A stretch of DNA of 64,000 bases from Methanothrix sp. (GTDB lineage Archaea; Halobacteriota; Methanosarcinia; Methanotrichales; Methanotrichaceae): contig OY821645.1 in NCBI GenBank assembly GCA_963682135.1, positions 1,504,001-1,568,000 on the forward strand, given 5' to 3'. Below are positions 1 to 9,445 of the stretch, piece by piece. The notes beneath the pieces were generated by a model. It did no database searches and was not told the origin of the DNA. It saw nothing but the letters and a program-made list of their open reading frames with translations. The translations under genes and the position numbers were made by a program. Every line of letters begins with the position of its first letter. Within the stretch, counting starts at the first letter, position 1.

Positions 1-963
1 AACTTCGCGAGGCTCTAGCTTTGCCAGCCGGCTCTTCAGGTATGCTCCCATCTCCTCGGACCTTTGCACCAGCTTCTCGTCCCTGATGACCTGGATAGCA
101 GCCAGAGCTGCGGCGCAGATGAGTGGCCCTCCGGCAAAGGTGGAGCCGTGGTCGCCCTTCTGGAAGGCTTCTGCGGCTTTTCCAGAGGCCAGCATGGCGC
201 CGATGGGCAGGCCTCCTGCCATGGCTTTGGCCAGAGTCATGATGTCCGGCATAACTGAGAAGTGATCTTTGCCAAACCATTTTCCTGTACGCCCAAAGCC
301 GGTCTGAACCTCATCGAATATGAGCAGCGCTCCTTTATCATCGCATATCTGCCGTGCGCCGCGAAGGTACTGCTCATCCGCTACATAGACTCCGGCCTCT
401 CCCTGCACCGGCTCCAAGATGACGGCACCAGTCTCCTTTGTCACCGCAGCTTTGAGGGCTTCAACATCGTTAAAGGGAACGAATGTCGCCTCATTTAAAG
501 GCCGAAAAGGTTCGCGGTAGATGGATTTGTAGGTGGCGCCCAAAGCGCCCAAGGTGCGGCCGTGAAAGGCGCGCTCGGCAGCCACGATCTTTGATTTACC
601 TGTGGCGCGGCGGGTGAGCTTCAGGGCTGCCTCCACACTCTCTGCGCCTGAGTTGCAGAAGTAGGTCCTCTTCATGCCGGTAAGGGCCTTCAGCTCCTCC
701 GCCAATAGCACCTGATTTTCCGTGTAGTAGAGGTTAGAGGTGTGGATTAGCGTTTCCGCCTGCCTGGCTATTGCCAGTGCTACGGCCGGGTGGCAGTGGC
801 CCACGTTATTCACAGCGATGCCGGCCACAAAGTCCAGATACTCTTTTCCCTCCGAGTCCCAGACACGGGGCCCGCTGCCGCGCACGAGGACTACATCCTG
901 GCGAGCGTAAGTCTGGAATATGGCCTGCGATTGCCGATTCATCAGATCATTTTTGTCGGTCAT
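1..963 (-). CDS. argD: Acetylornithine aminotransferase (class III PLP aminotransferase), 3' end runs off the window
   Basis: Manual minus-strand translation from ATG at 963: ...YLDFVAGIAVNNVGHCHP...FCNSGAESVEAALK...FHGRTLG...EPVQGEAG...FDEVQTGFGRTG...PDIMTLAKAMAGG...HGSTFAGGP. Not in the ORF track because no stop lies in the window. Confidence 0.9.
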   Translation of the reverse strand, partial: MTDKNDLMNRQSQAIFQTYARQDVVLVRGSGPRVWDSEGKEYLDFVAGIAVNNVGHCHPAVALAIARQAETLIHTSNLYYTENQVLLAEELKALTGMKRTYFCNSGAESVEAALKLTRRATGKSKIVAAERAFHGRTLGALGATYKSIYREPFRPLNEATFVPFNDVEALKAAVTKETGAVILEPVQGEAGVYVADEQYLRGARQICDDKGALLIFDEVQTGFGRTGKWFGKDHFSVMPDIMTLAKAMAGGLPIGAMLASGKAAEAFQKGDHGSTFAGGPLICAAALAAIQVIRDEKLVQRSEEMGAYLKSRLAKLEPREV

Positions 964-1160
964 GGATACTGCTTCTGGATCCATTACAAGAGACTGTTTT
1001 GACATCATTTTCACAGCACACTCTTCTCACGGTCAGTTATGCTTACGGCATTTCGATGCCTTATGCGATCGTTAAGCTCGCTAAATTGAGGAGTTCATGG
1101 ATATAAACTGCCTGGCTCCTTCTTCAAATGATGCCATACCCAAAAAGGTTAATAAACGCT

Positions 1161-3182
1161 TCATTTAGCGACAGGACCATCGCAAAACTTCACCAGCAGC
1201 CTGGCATAAAACTCCCGCTCCGGCCCTTTGGTGGAGCGCACCAGCCTATCCAGTATCAGCTCCGGAGTGCTCTTGGCCAGATAGTTGTAGCGCGGGCTTC
1301 GGCTGACGCGCAGGTTGTTGTTCTCATCCAGACCCTCTGCCTCGATCCCATCGACGCGCACCGGCGTCTCAACGAAGCGTCTTATATCCTCGGCCAGGTG
1401 GCTGACGAAGACTGCCACGCAGCCGCGCCGATTCAACTCATCAAGCATGCAGGCGATTATGCGCGCTGAGGCGCCCGGCTCGGTGATGGACTCCAGCTCA
1501 TCCGCCAGGACGATCTTTCGCTTCTCATTCTCCACCACGGCAAACTTCTTCATGGCCGTCTCAAAGGCTCCGGCGGAGAGCGTGCCGCGGCTCTTGCTGA
1601 AGTAGTAAAACTCCTCAAAGAGAGAGAGTCGACAGGATTGGGCCGGCACGGGCAGGCCCATATGCGCCAGGATGACTATCTGGGAGATAAGGTCCAAAAG
1701 CGTGGTCTTGCCGCCCGAGTTCACGCCGCTGAGCAGCGCCACCTTCTCGGGGTGATCGGCGCTGCCGAGGGAGTAGCTCACTGGATCAGGCATCTCCAAG
1801 AAGAGATGACGGCCTTCTGCAAAGAAGAGGCACGGCTCCTTGGCGATCTCAGGGAAAGTGAGATTCTCTGCCAGGGCAAACCGCCCCAGTGCGTAGGCAT
1901 AGTCAAACTCCATCAGGGCATGCATGAGGGCAGCAGCCTCATCTCTTTTGTCTTGCAGGCCACGCGCGTTCTCTCTTTTCGTCTTCAAGCCCCGCCCTTC
2001 CCTGCGGCTTCGCAGCTCCTGCGCAAAAGAGCGCAGTGCCTGCCGATCTATCTCCAGAGGATAGCTGATCTGCGCAGAGAAGATCTCGTCCAGCCACACC
2101 GCCTCTGCTCCCACCAGTTCCAGCTCGCTCGTCGCTCGCGCCTTTGCGGCTTTCAGGACCTCTGCAAAGACGCTCTTCATCTGCACCTCCAATAGCTCTC
2201 GCACGCCCTCCCCCCTGCTCATGACCTGGAGCAGGTCCGTGCCGCCCAGGGTTAGCGAACTCTTCTCGATCTTACTCTTCAGCTCCTCATTGGCCCAGGT
2301 GGCCGCTTCCCCGACGCTCCCGCCCAGACGCGCTTCCAGTCTTCCCAGCCGTTCGCCTTCCTTATCCCCGCTCTCATTTAGCCTGGTGAGCAGTTTATGC
2401 AGGCTCTCCCATCCCGCAAATCCGGCAACTCCGGCTTCTTGCAGCTTTCTTGCCGCCTGGGCCGCCGCCTGCAGAGGCTCTAAATTCTCTTCATAAAATC
2501 CCAGGACCGCCTCGGGCACCAGATACCACTCCTCCAAAGACTCGGCCCGTTCCATATCCTCTGCCGCCTGCCCACCCATCTCTTCGCCTACCAGGCAGAC
2601 GTGGCTGTAGCTTTTGGCCAGGTCCGTTAGCTCCGCCGGGCTTTCTGCCAGATGCAGGTCGATCAGCCTGTCCAGCCCCATCGTCTTCAGCCTCTGAAAA
2701 TCCTCGGTAGAGGTGACGGCCACCGCTCTCTCCCGGACTCGCGCCGTCGCCTTCTCGCGCAGCGGCCGGATCTTTTTCAGCAGCCCCTCTAGGCCCAGGC
2801 CCTGCATCATCTGCGCAGCCTGGGCTGCCGCCAGGGCGGTTTTGCGATTCTCGGCCAGAAGCTGTGCAGAGGAAGAGGCAAACAGAGTGCCGATCTTGAG
2901 CCGAGCGTATTCGGTATGGGCATAGCTGGCCAGGCGGGTGATGAGCATCTGTTGAATTCTGCTCGCTTCATCCGTGGCCAGGAACTGCTCGGGCGTGACT
3001 GCGAACTTCAACCCCCTGGCATGCGAGACCAAGAAGAGAGCCTGGCGTTCGCTCAGCGCCCTGCACAGGCCTGCAACATCTGCGTTTAAAATCGCGTGCA
3101 GGGCTTTTTCTTCATCCCCATATTGCTCCAATAGGCGCTCTCTAATGCGAGAGCCCACACCAGGCAGATCTACCAGTTTCAA
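1161..3182 (-). CDS. Archaeal MutS2/MutS5-like ATPase (N-terminal HhH, C-terminal MutS domain V, no Smr)
   Basis: LPGVG HhH start; Walker A SGVNSGGKTT; SAGAFE signature; LADELESITEPGA; FVSH. Confidence 0.85.
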   Translation of the reverse strand: MKLVDLPGVGSRIRERLLEQYGDEEKALHAILNADVAGLCRALSERQALFLVSHARGLKFAVTPEQFLATDEASRIQQMLITRLASYAHTEYARLKIGTLFASSSAQLLAENRKTALAAAQAAQMMQGLGLEGLLKKIRPLREKATARVRERAVAVTSTEDFQRLKTMGLDRLIDLHLAESPAELTDLAKSYSHVCLVGEEMGGQAAEDMERAESLEEWYLVPEAVLGFYEENLEPLQAAAQAARKLQEAGVAGFAGWESLHKLLTRLNESGDKEGERLGRLEARLGGSVGEAATWANEELKSKIEKSSLTLGGTDLLQVMSRGEGVRELLEVQMKSVFAEVLKAAKARATSELELVGAEAVWLDEIFSAQISYPLEIDRQALRSFAQELRSRREGRGLKTKRENARGLQDKRDEAAALMHALMEFDYAYALGRFALAENLTFPEIAKEPCLFFAEGRHLFLEMPDPVSYSLGSADHPEKVALLSGVNSGGKTTLLDLISQIVILAHMGLPVPAQSCRLSLFEEFYYFSKSRGTLSAGAFETAMKKFAVVENEKRKIVLADELESITEPGASARIIACMLDELNRRGCVAVFVSHLAEDIRRFVETPVRVDGIEAEGLDENNNLRVSRSPRYNYLAKSTPELILDRLVRSTKGPEREFYARLLVKFCDGPVAK

Positions 3183-3283
3183 ACAGCCTCATTTTGTCAG
3201 GATTATAATATAATTGTTCCGCCAGTCATCCGGCGGAACGAATGCGATAAGATTGATATTCCGGGGCCAGAGAACAGGGAGGT

Positions 3284-4162
3284 GTGTTACTGAATCACCT
3301 ACTGAACCTGGGAGAGGATGAGGATATCTTTCTCGCAGAAGAGTCCTGGCAAGATCTGCTGGAGCTGCCCGTCACCAGAGAGATACTGCAGGATGATCTG
3401 GATGCAGATCTCTGCATTGAGGTCAAAGATATGGGGTTCGCCCTGCACCTATCTGAGCCGGCAGAGCTATGGCTGCTCCTCACAGATCATTATTCATCCC
3501 AAAAGATTTTGTCGGAGGAGGCAGAAAAATGGCGCTCGAAGATCACCAAAACGGTGCAGACAAATGAGATGGACTTTTTCTCGGCCCTGACGGAATATTT
3601 CTCCAATTCTCTGGCAGCAGAGCTTTTTTGCGAGAGCTGCTCTCTGAAAGGAGGGCCTCTTTATGTAGAAGAGAGGATCGAGAGGCTAATGCAGCTATTG
3701 CGACCGATACTTCCCAAAGACGAAAGCATACTGGAGATCTGCTGCGGCAGCGGCATGGCCACACAGGCGCTCATTCGTCAGGGGCATAGTCCCCTCTCGA
3801 TGGACAATGACCGCTGCGATCTATGCCAGGGTTTAAAGAGCGGGCTTGTGGACCCTAAGAGATGCTTCGTCCTGGATGCCAGGCTACTACCTAGTATCTT
3901 TCCAGACCGTTCTTTTCATACCGTTTTGGGATTTATGGTAGGGCTAATTGACGATTTCAACTGGCCGCTTTGGAGGGACATTCTCCTCAAATCCTCCCGC
4001 CTTGCGAAGAATAGGATTCTGTTTACCGTTTACACGCAAAAAGAAGCTGAACTCATCGCGAAAGCACTTGGGGATGCCGGGTGGAATGGTAAGGTAATCG
4101 ATAATCGCGACTCAAAGGGAATTTATGACCAGTGGGCCTATTTGGCAGAAAAGCAAGGATGA
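3284..4162 (+). CDS. Class I SAM-dependent methyltransferase
   Basis: Motif I ILEICCGSG; 292-aa ORF with upstream GGAGG. Confidence 0.75.
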   Translation: MLLNHLLNLGEDEDIFLAEESWQDLLELPVTREILQDDLDADLCIEVKDMGFALHLSEPAELWLLLTDHYSSQKILSEEAEKWRSKITKTVQTNEMDFFSALTEYFSNSLAAELFCESCSLKGGPLYVEERIERLMQLLRPILPKDESILEICCGSGMATQALIRQGHSPLSMDNDRCDLCQGLKSGLVDPKRCFVLDARLLPSIFPDRSFHTVLGFMVGLIDDFNWPLWRDILLKSSRLAKNRILFTVYTQKEAELIAKALGDAGWNGKVIDNRDSKGIYDQWAYLAEKQG

Positions 4163-4193
4163 ACGGAAAGGTTAATTACAGTTCCCAGTAGGG

Positions 4194-4334
4194 ATGAAAT
4201 CGGTGAGATTCTTGGCTGATTTTAAGAAAAGAAATACCGAGAGAAAGGGTGGCAAAAAAGAAGAGATTAAAAGCAAGAAGCTCATGGAAGATAACCTCGA
4301 TGACCTACGGGGTAGGGGAGAAGAAGTAAAATAA
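4194..4334 (+). CDS. Possible small Lys/Glu-rich protein (46 aa)
   Basis: Open frame MKSVRFLADFKKRNTERKGGKKEEIKSKKLMEDNLDDLRGRGEEVK; no recognisable family. Confidence 0.25.
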   Translation: MKSVRFLADFKKRNTERKGGKKEEIKSKKLMEDNLDDLRGRGEEVK

Positions 4335-4455
4335 ATCATTTTGTAGCAGCTTGCAGCAGGGGTTGTGCTGTCGTTTCGCTTTCCTGGTCGGATCAGCATA
4401 GGGCCATGGCACAATTAATGGAGATGGGATGCATCTTCACCATCTCTTCTTTGCT

Positions 4456-4851
4456 CTAGGAAGGCGTTACGCTTAATCCCCGACTTAACTCCTTGAGTTT
4501 CTCGATGCTCTCCTGTGTTTTGGCCGACTCTTTTCGCTTCTCATCCTCAAAGTGCTTTATGATTTCGTCTAAGGATATTGTAAGCCTGTAAACCTTCATG
4601 GGCCGACCCTTTCCGTCCTTCTTAATCTCTCTTTCTTCCACCCAATTGTTGCTGCGCAGCGTGCGCATAGCAATGCTTACCTCTGGTTGGCGCAGGTTCG
4701 ATCCGATCTCGATCTCCCGAGAGGTAGCCTCTTCCACATTGGCCAGATAGGTGATCATGCTGGCCACATTTCTGGGAATGTCAAGTTCTCGCAGAACCTC
4801 TACGAACTCCCGGTCGGCATCATCCAGAACTTTTACAGAGAATTGTCTCAT
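4456..4851 (-). CDS. Winged-HTH transcriptional regulator (ArsR/TrmB-like, methanogen type)
   Basis: SREIEIGSNLRQPEVSIAMRTL HTH and GKGRPMKVY wing. Confidence 0.85.
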   Translation of the reverse strand: MRQFSVKVLDDADREFVEVLRELDIPRNVASMITYLANVEEATSREIEIGSNLRQPEVSIAMRTLRSNNWVEEREIKKDGKGRPMKVYRLTISLDEIIKHFEDEKRKESAKTQESIEKLKELSRGLSVTPS

Positions 4852-5222
4852 AATAACCTCATTCTATTTTTGGATATAAGAAATACTCAATGATATAAAT
4901 AGTTTATTTCTCGACGTCTATTGTTCTGATCCTAAGATTATGCTGCAAATATGCAACTACGTAAAGATATTCCTTTCGCGCAATCATAATATATCTCGCT
5001 ATTCATAGATCCAAAAAAATGTAATTATTCCTGCTATTCGTGAGAGGGGCGAACCGGATAAATTCTAAAATTCTTATAACCCCTATTCTTATCTGAAACA
5101 TACAAAAACAAAAGCGTTAGATGGCTTCCAGTTGGCCATCCATAACTCGATAGGGCCCTGCAATATGCTTAAGCATCTCGCTGGTGCCAGGCGCAGGCAG
5201 AGTTGCAGCTGTTTAGACCTCT

Positions 5223-5762
5223 TTATTCCTCGAAAGCCGGTTCTTCCTCCTGGCTGTCGCTTTCACCTGCTAAATCAAAGTATCCGGAGATACGCACAAT
5301 GTCCAGCCGCGAGATCCGGTAAGCTCCGCCCTTCCGCTCCAATGGAGGATTGATCTCGATCTCCTGCAGGGTGATGCCCGTCTCTCCAGCTTTGTATCTC
5401 TGGAAGATCTGCCCCCAGGGAACCAGGTATGCAGTACGCGCTTTGCCGGCACCGTAGCGAAGCTCCACAGCCAAGATGCCCTGTCTTCCCGAACGGGTGA
5501 TGAAATCTGTCTCCCGCTTCATCTGATGCGCTCCGGCGGCAAGGCTGAAGTGCTGCTTGAAGTAGAGCGATTTTGTCTTGCGTGCATCCAGGCTCTTGCA
5601 TTCGATTGCCAGATAGTACTCTGGAGTCTTGGAGTCCACCAGTATGTCCATAAACTGGCCGGAGAAGCGTGATTGCTTTAGCCGGTAGGCAATGGCAGCG
5701 ATGCCATCCTTCTCGAAGAATGAGTTGAGGGCGCTTACCAGCGCCCACTCGAAGTCGGGCAT
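5223..5762 (-). CDS. PD-(D/E)xK nuclease, Holliday-junction resolvase-like (RecU/Hjc-like)
   Basis: FE near the N-terminus, MDILVD, AIECKS, downstream HQ motif. Confidence 0.65.
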   Translation of the reverse strand: MPDFEWALVSALNSFFEKDGIAAIAYRLKQSRFSGQFMDILVDSKTPEYYLAIECKSLDARKTKSLYFKQHFSLAAGAHQMKRETDFITRSGRQGILAVELRYGAGKARTAYLVPWGQIFQRYKAGETGITLQEIEINPPLERKGGAYRISRLDIVRISGYFDLAGESDSQEEEPAFEE

Positions 5763-5887
5763 TGTTTATTGTTTTCTGCGGATCTCTAAAAATATCTTTT
5801 CCTCTGATTACTTTCGCTCCGCACCCATTCCTCTCCTTTAATAACCCGTAAAAGAATCCTTTCCGGTGCGCTCTTCTGGAGGCAGCA

Positions 5888-6094
5888 ATGGTAGTGGGAA
5901 GGACTCTGTGGGACTTTGTTATTGAGGCATTTCGAACGCCGGGCGTGGGACTCATCCTCATAGCCCTGCTTATATTATTTGAAATTATATTGATATTAAT
6001 ACTATTATTAGCACATAATGGCCTCCTCGACATTAAATTCAGCTATGGCGGCCTGGGTCTGGAGCTGGGCCAATTTGCTGCCCTTCTGGCATGA
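5888..6094 (+). CDS. Small membrane protein
   Basis: GGAGG RBS before ATG; one long hydrophobic helix. Confidence 0.55.
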   Translation: MVVGRTLWDFVIEAFRTPGVGLILIALLILFEIILILILLLAHNGLLDIKFSYGGLGLELGQFAALLA

Positions 6095-6173
6095 GACTGC
6101 AAATAACAGTCCATCTAAGCAAAGCCTCCGTTCCTGAAGAAACTTAATGTATCATGCAGAAAAATGTGACCTC

Positions 6174-6329
6174 ATGGATATTGAGGAGATCGCCAGGAAG
6201 TACAGTATGAGGGAGCTGAAGCCTGTTGCCAAGAAATTCGGTATTGGAACACGCTGCGTCAAAAAAATAGATATCATCAAGGCATTTCCGCCGGAGGCGC
6301 TGGCGGAGTTGACAGGCGGGCGGCAATAA
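6174..6329 (+). CDS. Small helical protein, Rho-N/SAP-like (alternative start 6147)
   Basis: KYSMRELKPVAKKFGI...KKIDIIKA helix-extended-helix pattern; 17 bp upstream of thyA. Confidence 0.55.
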   Translation: MDIEEIARKYSMRELKPVAKKFGIGTRCVKKIDIIKAFPPEALAELTGGRQ

Positions 6330-6346
6330 AAATCAGGTGCTTTTTC

Positions 6347-7012
6347 ATGGCGAGAATGGGGAGATTCATTCGGGCGAAAACCATCTCCGATGCCTGGCAG
6401 AGGGGCCTATGCCTTATCTGGAGGCAGGGGGCAGAGATCACTGATGAGAGAGGCACCAGGATAAGGGAAATCCTATCGTTGCAGGTAGTGGTGGAGGACC
6501 CCTACCGGGAGATGATTCCCGCCCAGTACTCCTGGAATGAGGAACGTCTGGAAGAGTACGCCTCGCAACTCTTATCCGGCGAGAATCCTGGATTTGAGTA
6601 CACCTACGGAGAGCGCCTGCGTGCCTGGCATCTGCCGGGCATGCCCGCACTGGATCAGATCGAGCAGGTTATCTTGCGGCTCAGGGCCTCGGCCAATACG
6701 CGCCGGGCAACAGCCGTAACCTGGATCGTGCCCATAGACGCAGCCAAAGATGAGGTTCCCTGCATGATTGTGGACGACTTCAAGCTGCGCGATGGTCGCC
6801 TGCACCTGTCGATCTTCTTTCGCAGTCACGACTTTGCCGGAGCGTATCCTGCCAATCTCTACGGTCTGGCCAGGCTGCTACAATATGTCAGCCGCGAGAT
6901 AGGAGCTGAGCCGGGATCGATCTCGACCACCAGCGCTTCCGCGCATATCTACGAGCATGATTGGGACTTTGTGGAGAAGATGCTGCAGGAGGAGATTGTG
7001 GAGAATATTTGA
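6347..7012 (+). CDS. thyA: Archaeal thymidylate synthase family protein
   Basis: FEYTYGERL, NTRRA, VPCM (catalytic Cys), FRSHD, YPAN, SAHIYE. Confidence 0.9.
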   Translation: MARMGRFIRAKTISDAWQRGLCLIWRQGAEITDERGTRIREILSLQVVVEDPYREMIPAQYSWNEERLEEYASQLLSGENPGFEYTYGERLRAWHLPGMPALDQIEQVILRLRASANTRRATAVTWIVPIDAAKDEVPCMIVDDFKLRDGRLHLSIFFRSHDFAGAYPANLYGLARLLQYVSREIGAEPGSISTTSASAHIYEHDWDFVEKMLQEEIVENI

Positions 7013-7089
7013 AACTATTTGGCCAAGGGATGGACCAGGAATAAAGCACCGCAAAGAATATCTGCTTCTATCGAGATTTTCCTTCGTTT

Positions 7090-8112
7090 ATGGTCGATAG
7101 CCTGTTGATGATCAAGGCCGAGGAGATCCTGGAAAAGATCGAGAAGGGCAAACCGGTAGAGTATGAAAACGTAATCATCTATGGCGACCTGGATCTGCAC
7201 CGGCTGGATTTACCATTCAATAGAGCCAAGCAAAGAATCGTAAAATCAATAATAAAAATCGAATACTCGGTCATCAAGGGCGATGTATTCTTCGATCACG
7301 CAGCCTTCGCCGGGCTGGTGGACTTTGACGGCACATCTTTCACCGAGGCGGCCAACTTCTCAGGGTCTCACTTTCAGGAGGATGCCGGCTTTTCCGATGC
7401 GCAATTTCAAAGAGAGGCCAACTTCACCAGATCTCACTTTGCCATCGATGCCAATTTCTCTAGGGCCAAGTTCAATGATGCCGACTTTGGCCGGGCGAGG
7501 TTTGATAAATATTTTCATCTGGCCAATGCCAAGGTATACACATTAAATCTATCGGATGCGATCTTCTCGGACGGATCGAGCATCCACCTCAAGGACTTCA
7601 ATTTCAGCCGAATGGTCGTCCGCTGGAATATCATCAAAGAGCACATCCCCTTTAACGGTTCTGTGTACCTGACGCTCACCAGAAACTTTCGAAACCTGGA
7701 GCAGTTCGAGGACCAGGACGACTGCTATTATCAATATCGAAAGGAAAAGCAGTCGCTATCTCACAAATTCTTCCCCAAGTTCTTCGATTATTTGGCATGG
7801 ATCTCCTGCGGCTACGGAGTTCGTCCTTCCCATACCATTCTTCTCAGTCTGGCCATAATTCTATTCTTCGCAGGGATCTTTTGGGCAGGAAACGCTCTTT
7901 CGCCGGACGCTATGGGCGTGCATTCACAAGTGAAGGCGATCGTATCGACCAATGATGCGTTCTATTTCAGCAGCATGGAGTTTTTGGGCAAGACTCCCCA
8001 GAATTTCAGCATCATTGAGGGCTATGAGGTCCTGACGGTGATAGAGACGCTGCTTGGGTGGCTGCTTATGGCCCTCTTTCTGGTGACACTCAGCCGGGTG
8101 ATGTTGAGGTAA
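7090..8112 (+). CDS. Pentapeptide-repeat protein with C-terminal 2TM ion-channel-like domain
   Basis: xAxF repeats (ANFSGSHF, ANFTRSHF); GYGVRP; TM, then DAFYFSSMEF pore helix, then ETLLGWLLMALFLVTLSR. Confidence 0.8.
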   Translation: MVDSLLMIKAEEILEKIEKGKPVEYENVIIYGDLDLHRLDLPFNRAKQRIVKSIIKIEYSVIKGDVFFDHAAFAGLVDFDGTSFTEAANFSGSHFQEDAGFSDAQFQREANFTRSHFAIDANFSRAKFNDADFGRARFDKYFHLANAKVYTLNLSDAIFSDGSSIHLKDFNFSRMVVRWNIIKEHIPFNGSVYLTLTRNFRNLEQFEDQDDCYYQYRKEKQSLSHKFFPKFFDYLAWISCGYGVRPSHTILLSLAIILFFAGIFWAGNALSPDAMGVHSQVKAIVSTNDAFYFSSMEFLGKTPQNFSIIEGYEVLTVIETLLGWLLMALFLVTLSRVMLR

Positions 8113-8168
8113 GGATTGCCTGGCTGCATGGCAAAAATGACGAAGTGAGCACTATGTGCTTATTATCA

Positions 8169-8579
8169 TTATTTATTCTTTATCGCCCCACTTCTATTAA
8201 TTAAATAATATCCAATGGATAGCGCTATAATTAATGCCGAAAGCCCGATCAACTCCATGTCATTCGGGTCTCCTTCTATCTCCATGATGATGACTTTCCT
8301 GGATATTGCGATCAAGGCCACCAGCAACGCAATCAGCACATTAAACGTCTTATCTTGTTTAAAGTTCTTGAAGGTCTCCAGAAGCTCCACACCTATGAGC
8401 ACCAACAGTATGCTTCCGAAAAAGCTCAGAAGCTCGTTGATTTGCAGGTTTAAGGGAGGTAATAGCAGGTATTTGGCCAGGTTGTAGATCACATCTATCG
8501 TGACCAACAGCGTTACCAGAGTCATTGTCCATGCCAAGATGGTCAATATCGCATTCTGAAAACGTTCAATGTATGTCAT
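8169..8579 (-). CDS. PsiE-like (phosphate-starvation-inducible) membrane protein
   Basis: LLVLIGVELLET and ALIAISRKVII motifs; 4 TM. Confidence 0.8.
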   Translation of the reverse strand: MTYIERFQNAILTILAWTMTLVTLLVTIDVIYNLAKYLLLPPLNLQINELLSFFGSILLVLIGVELLETFKNFKQDKTFNVLIALLVALIAISRKVIIMEIEGDPNDMELIGLSALIIALSIGYYLINRSGAIKNK

Positions 8580-8880
8580 GAATCTGAGTCCTTCTTCTGA
8601 AAGCTCGGCTCAATGTACTGAGCTATAAAATGTCGTATGTTTCACTATAAAGCCATTTCTTAAGAAGTCCTATAGCTGATACTTTGGCGGACATTCTTTC
8701 CTGCCATCCATCCGCAAACTACAATATATTCCCTCGACGGAAATCCTTAAATACGGCGATTGACGTACAGTGTACTGGCGAAAGTCGACTGTCCATTTTC
8801 CCTCCTACACAAGGTGACTTTTGCCTCCCTCCTGATTCAAAACAATTATAAACCTCGGATATGAAAGGTCGTCAGAGGTT

Positions 8881-9189
8881 TTGAGAGTGCTCAAGCATAT
8901 CGTTATGTTCAAGCTCAAGGAATGGGCTGAGGGTGGCGACAGGGCGGCAAATATCAAGGCGCTGAAAGAAAAGTTGGAGGCTCTGCCTGCCCAAATCAAG
9001 GAGATAAGGTTCTTCGAGGTGGGTATCAACTTCATCGAGGCTAGCGTGGCTTACGATATGGTCCTGGTTTCTGAGTTTGAGAGCAAAGAGGCTCTTTTCA
9101 GCTATCAGAAAAACCCCGAGCACGTCCTGGTGGCAGGCTTTGTCGGCAGAGTATGTGAGAGCCGGATAGTAGTTGATTATGCCCTCTGA
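8881..9189 (+). CDS. Dabb-family stress-responsive A/B barrel protein
   Basis: KHIVMFKLK...YQKNPEH...VVDY. Confidence 0.85.
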   Translation: MRVLKHIVMFKLKEWAEGGDRAANIKALKEKLEALPAQIKEIRFFEVGINFIEASVAYDMVLVSEFESKEALFSYQKNPEHVLVAGFVGRVCESRIVVDYAL

Positions 9190-9202
9190 TACATCTTTTC
9201 CA

Positions 9203-9445
9203 ATGAAAATCGGCGTATGCGGTATCGCCTGTCAGGCCTGTCCACGCATGTCCTCTGGCAAATGTCCTCATGGCGAGGTGGGCTGCATTGCCCAGGAGAA
9301 CAGGATGTGCATGGTTGCCACCTGTGCTTTTCGAAAAGGCGTGGCTCTGTGCTTCCAGTGCCCGCAGTTTCCTTGCGAGACCACCAAGCTTGGGCCGATA
9401 AGCTATGGTTATTGCTGCTTTATCTCCGGGAAGGAAATGCCCTAG
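9203..9445 (+). CDS. Small Cys-rich protein (DUF3795-like)
   Basis: GVCGIACQACP...C...C...C..C...CFQCPQFPCE. Confidence 0.7.
   Translation: MKIGVCGIACQACPRMSSGKCPHGEVGCIAQENRMCMVATCAFRKGVALCFQCPQFPCETTKLGPISYGYCCFISGKEMP

Noticed and set aside
964-1160. Small gene (e.g. histone remnant) between argD and the MutS-like gene
   Set aside because: The minus-strand frames I read contain stops and the resemblance is too weak to support
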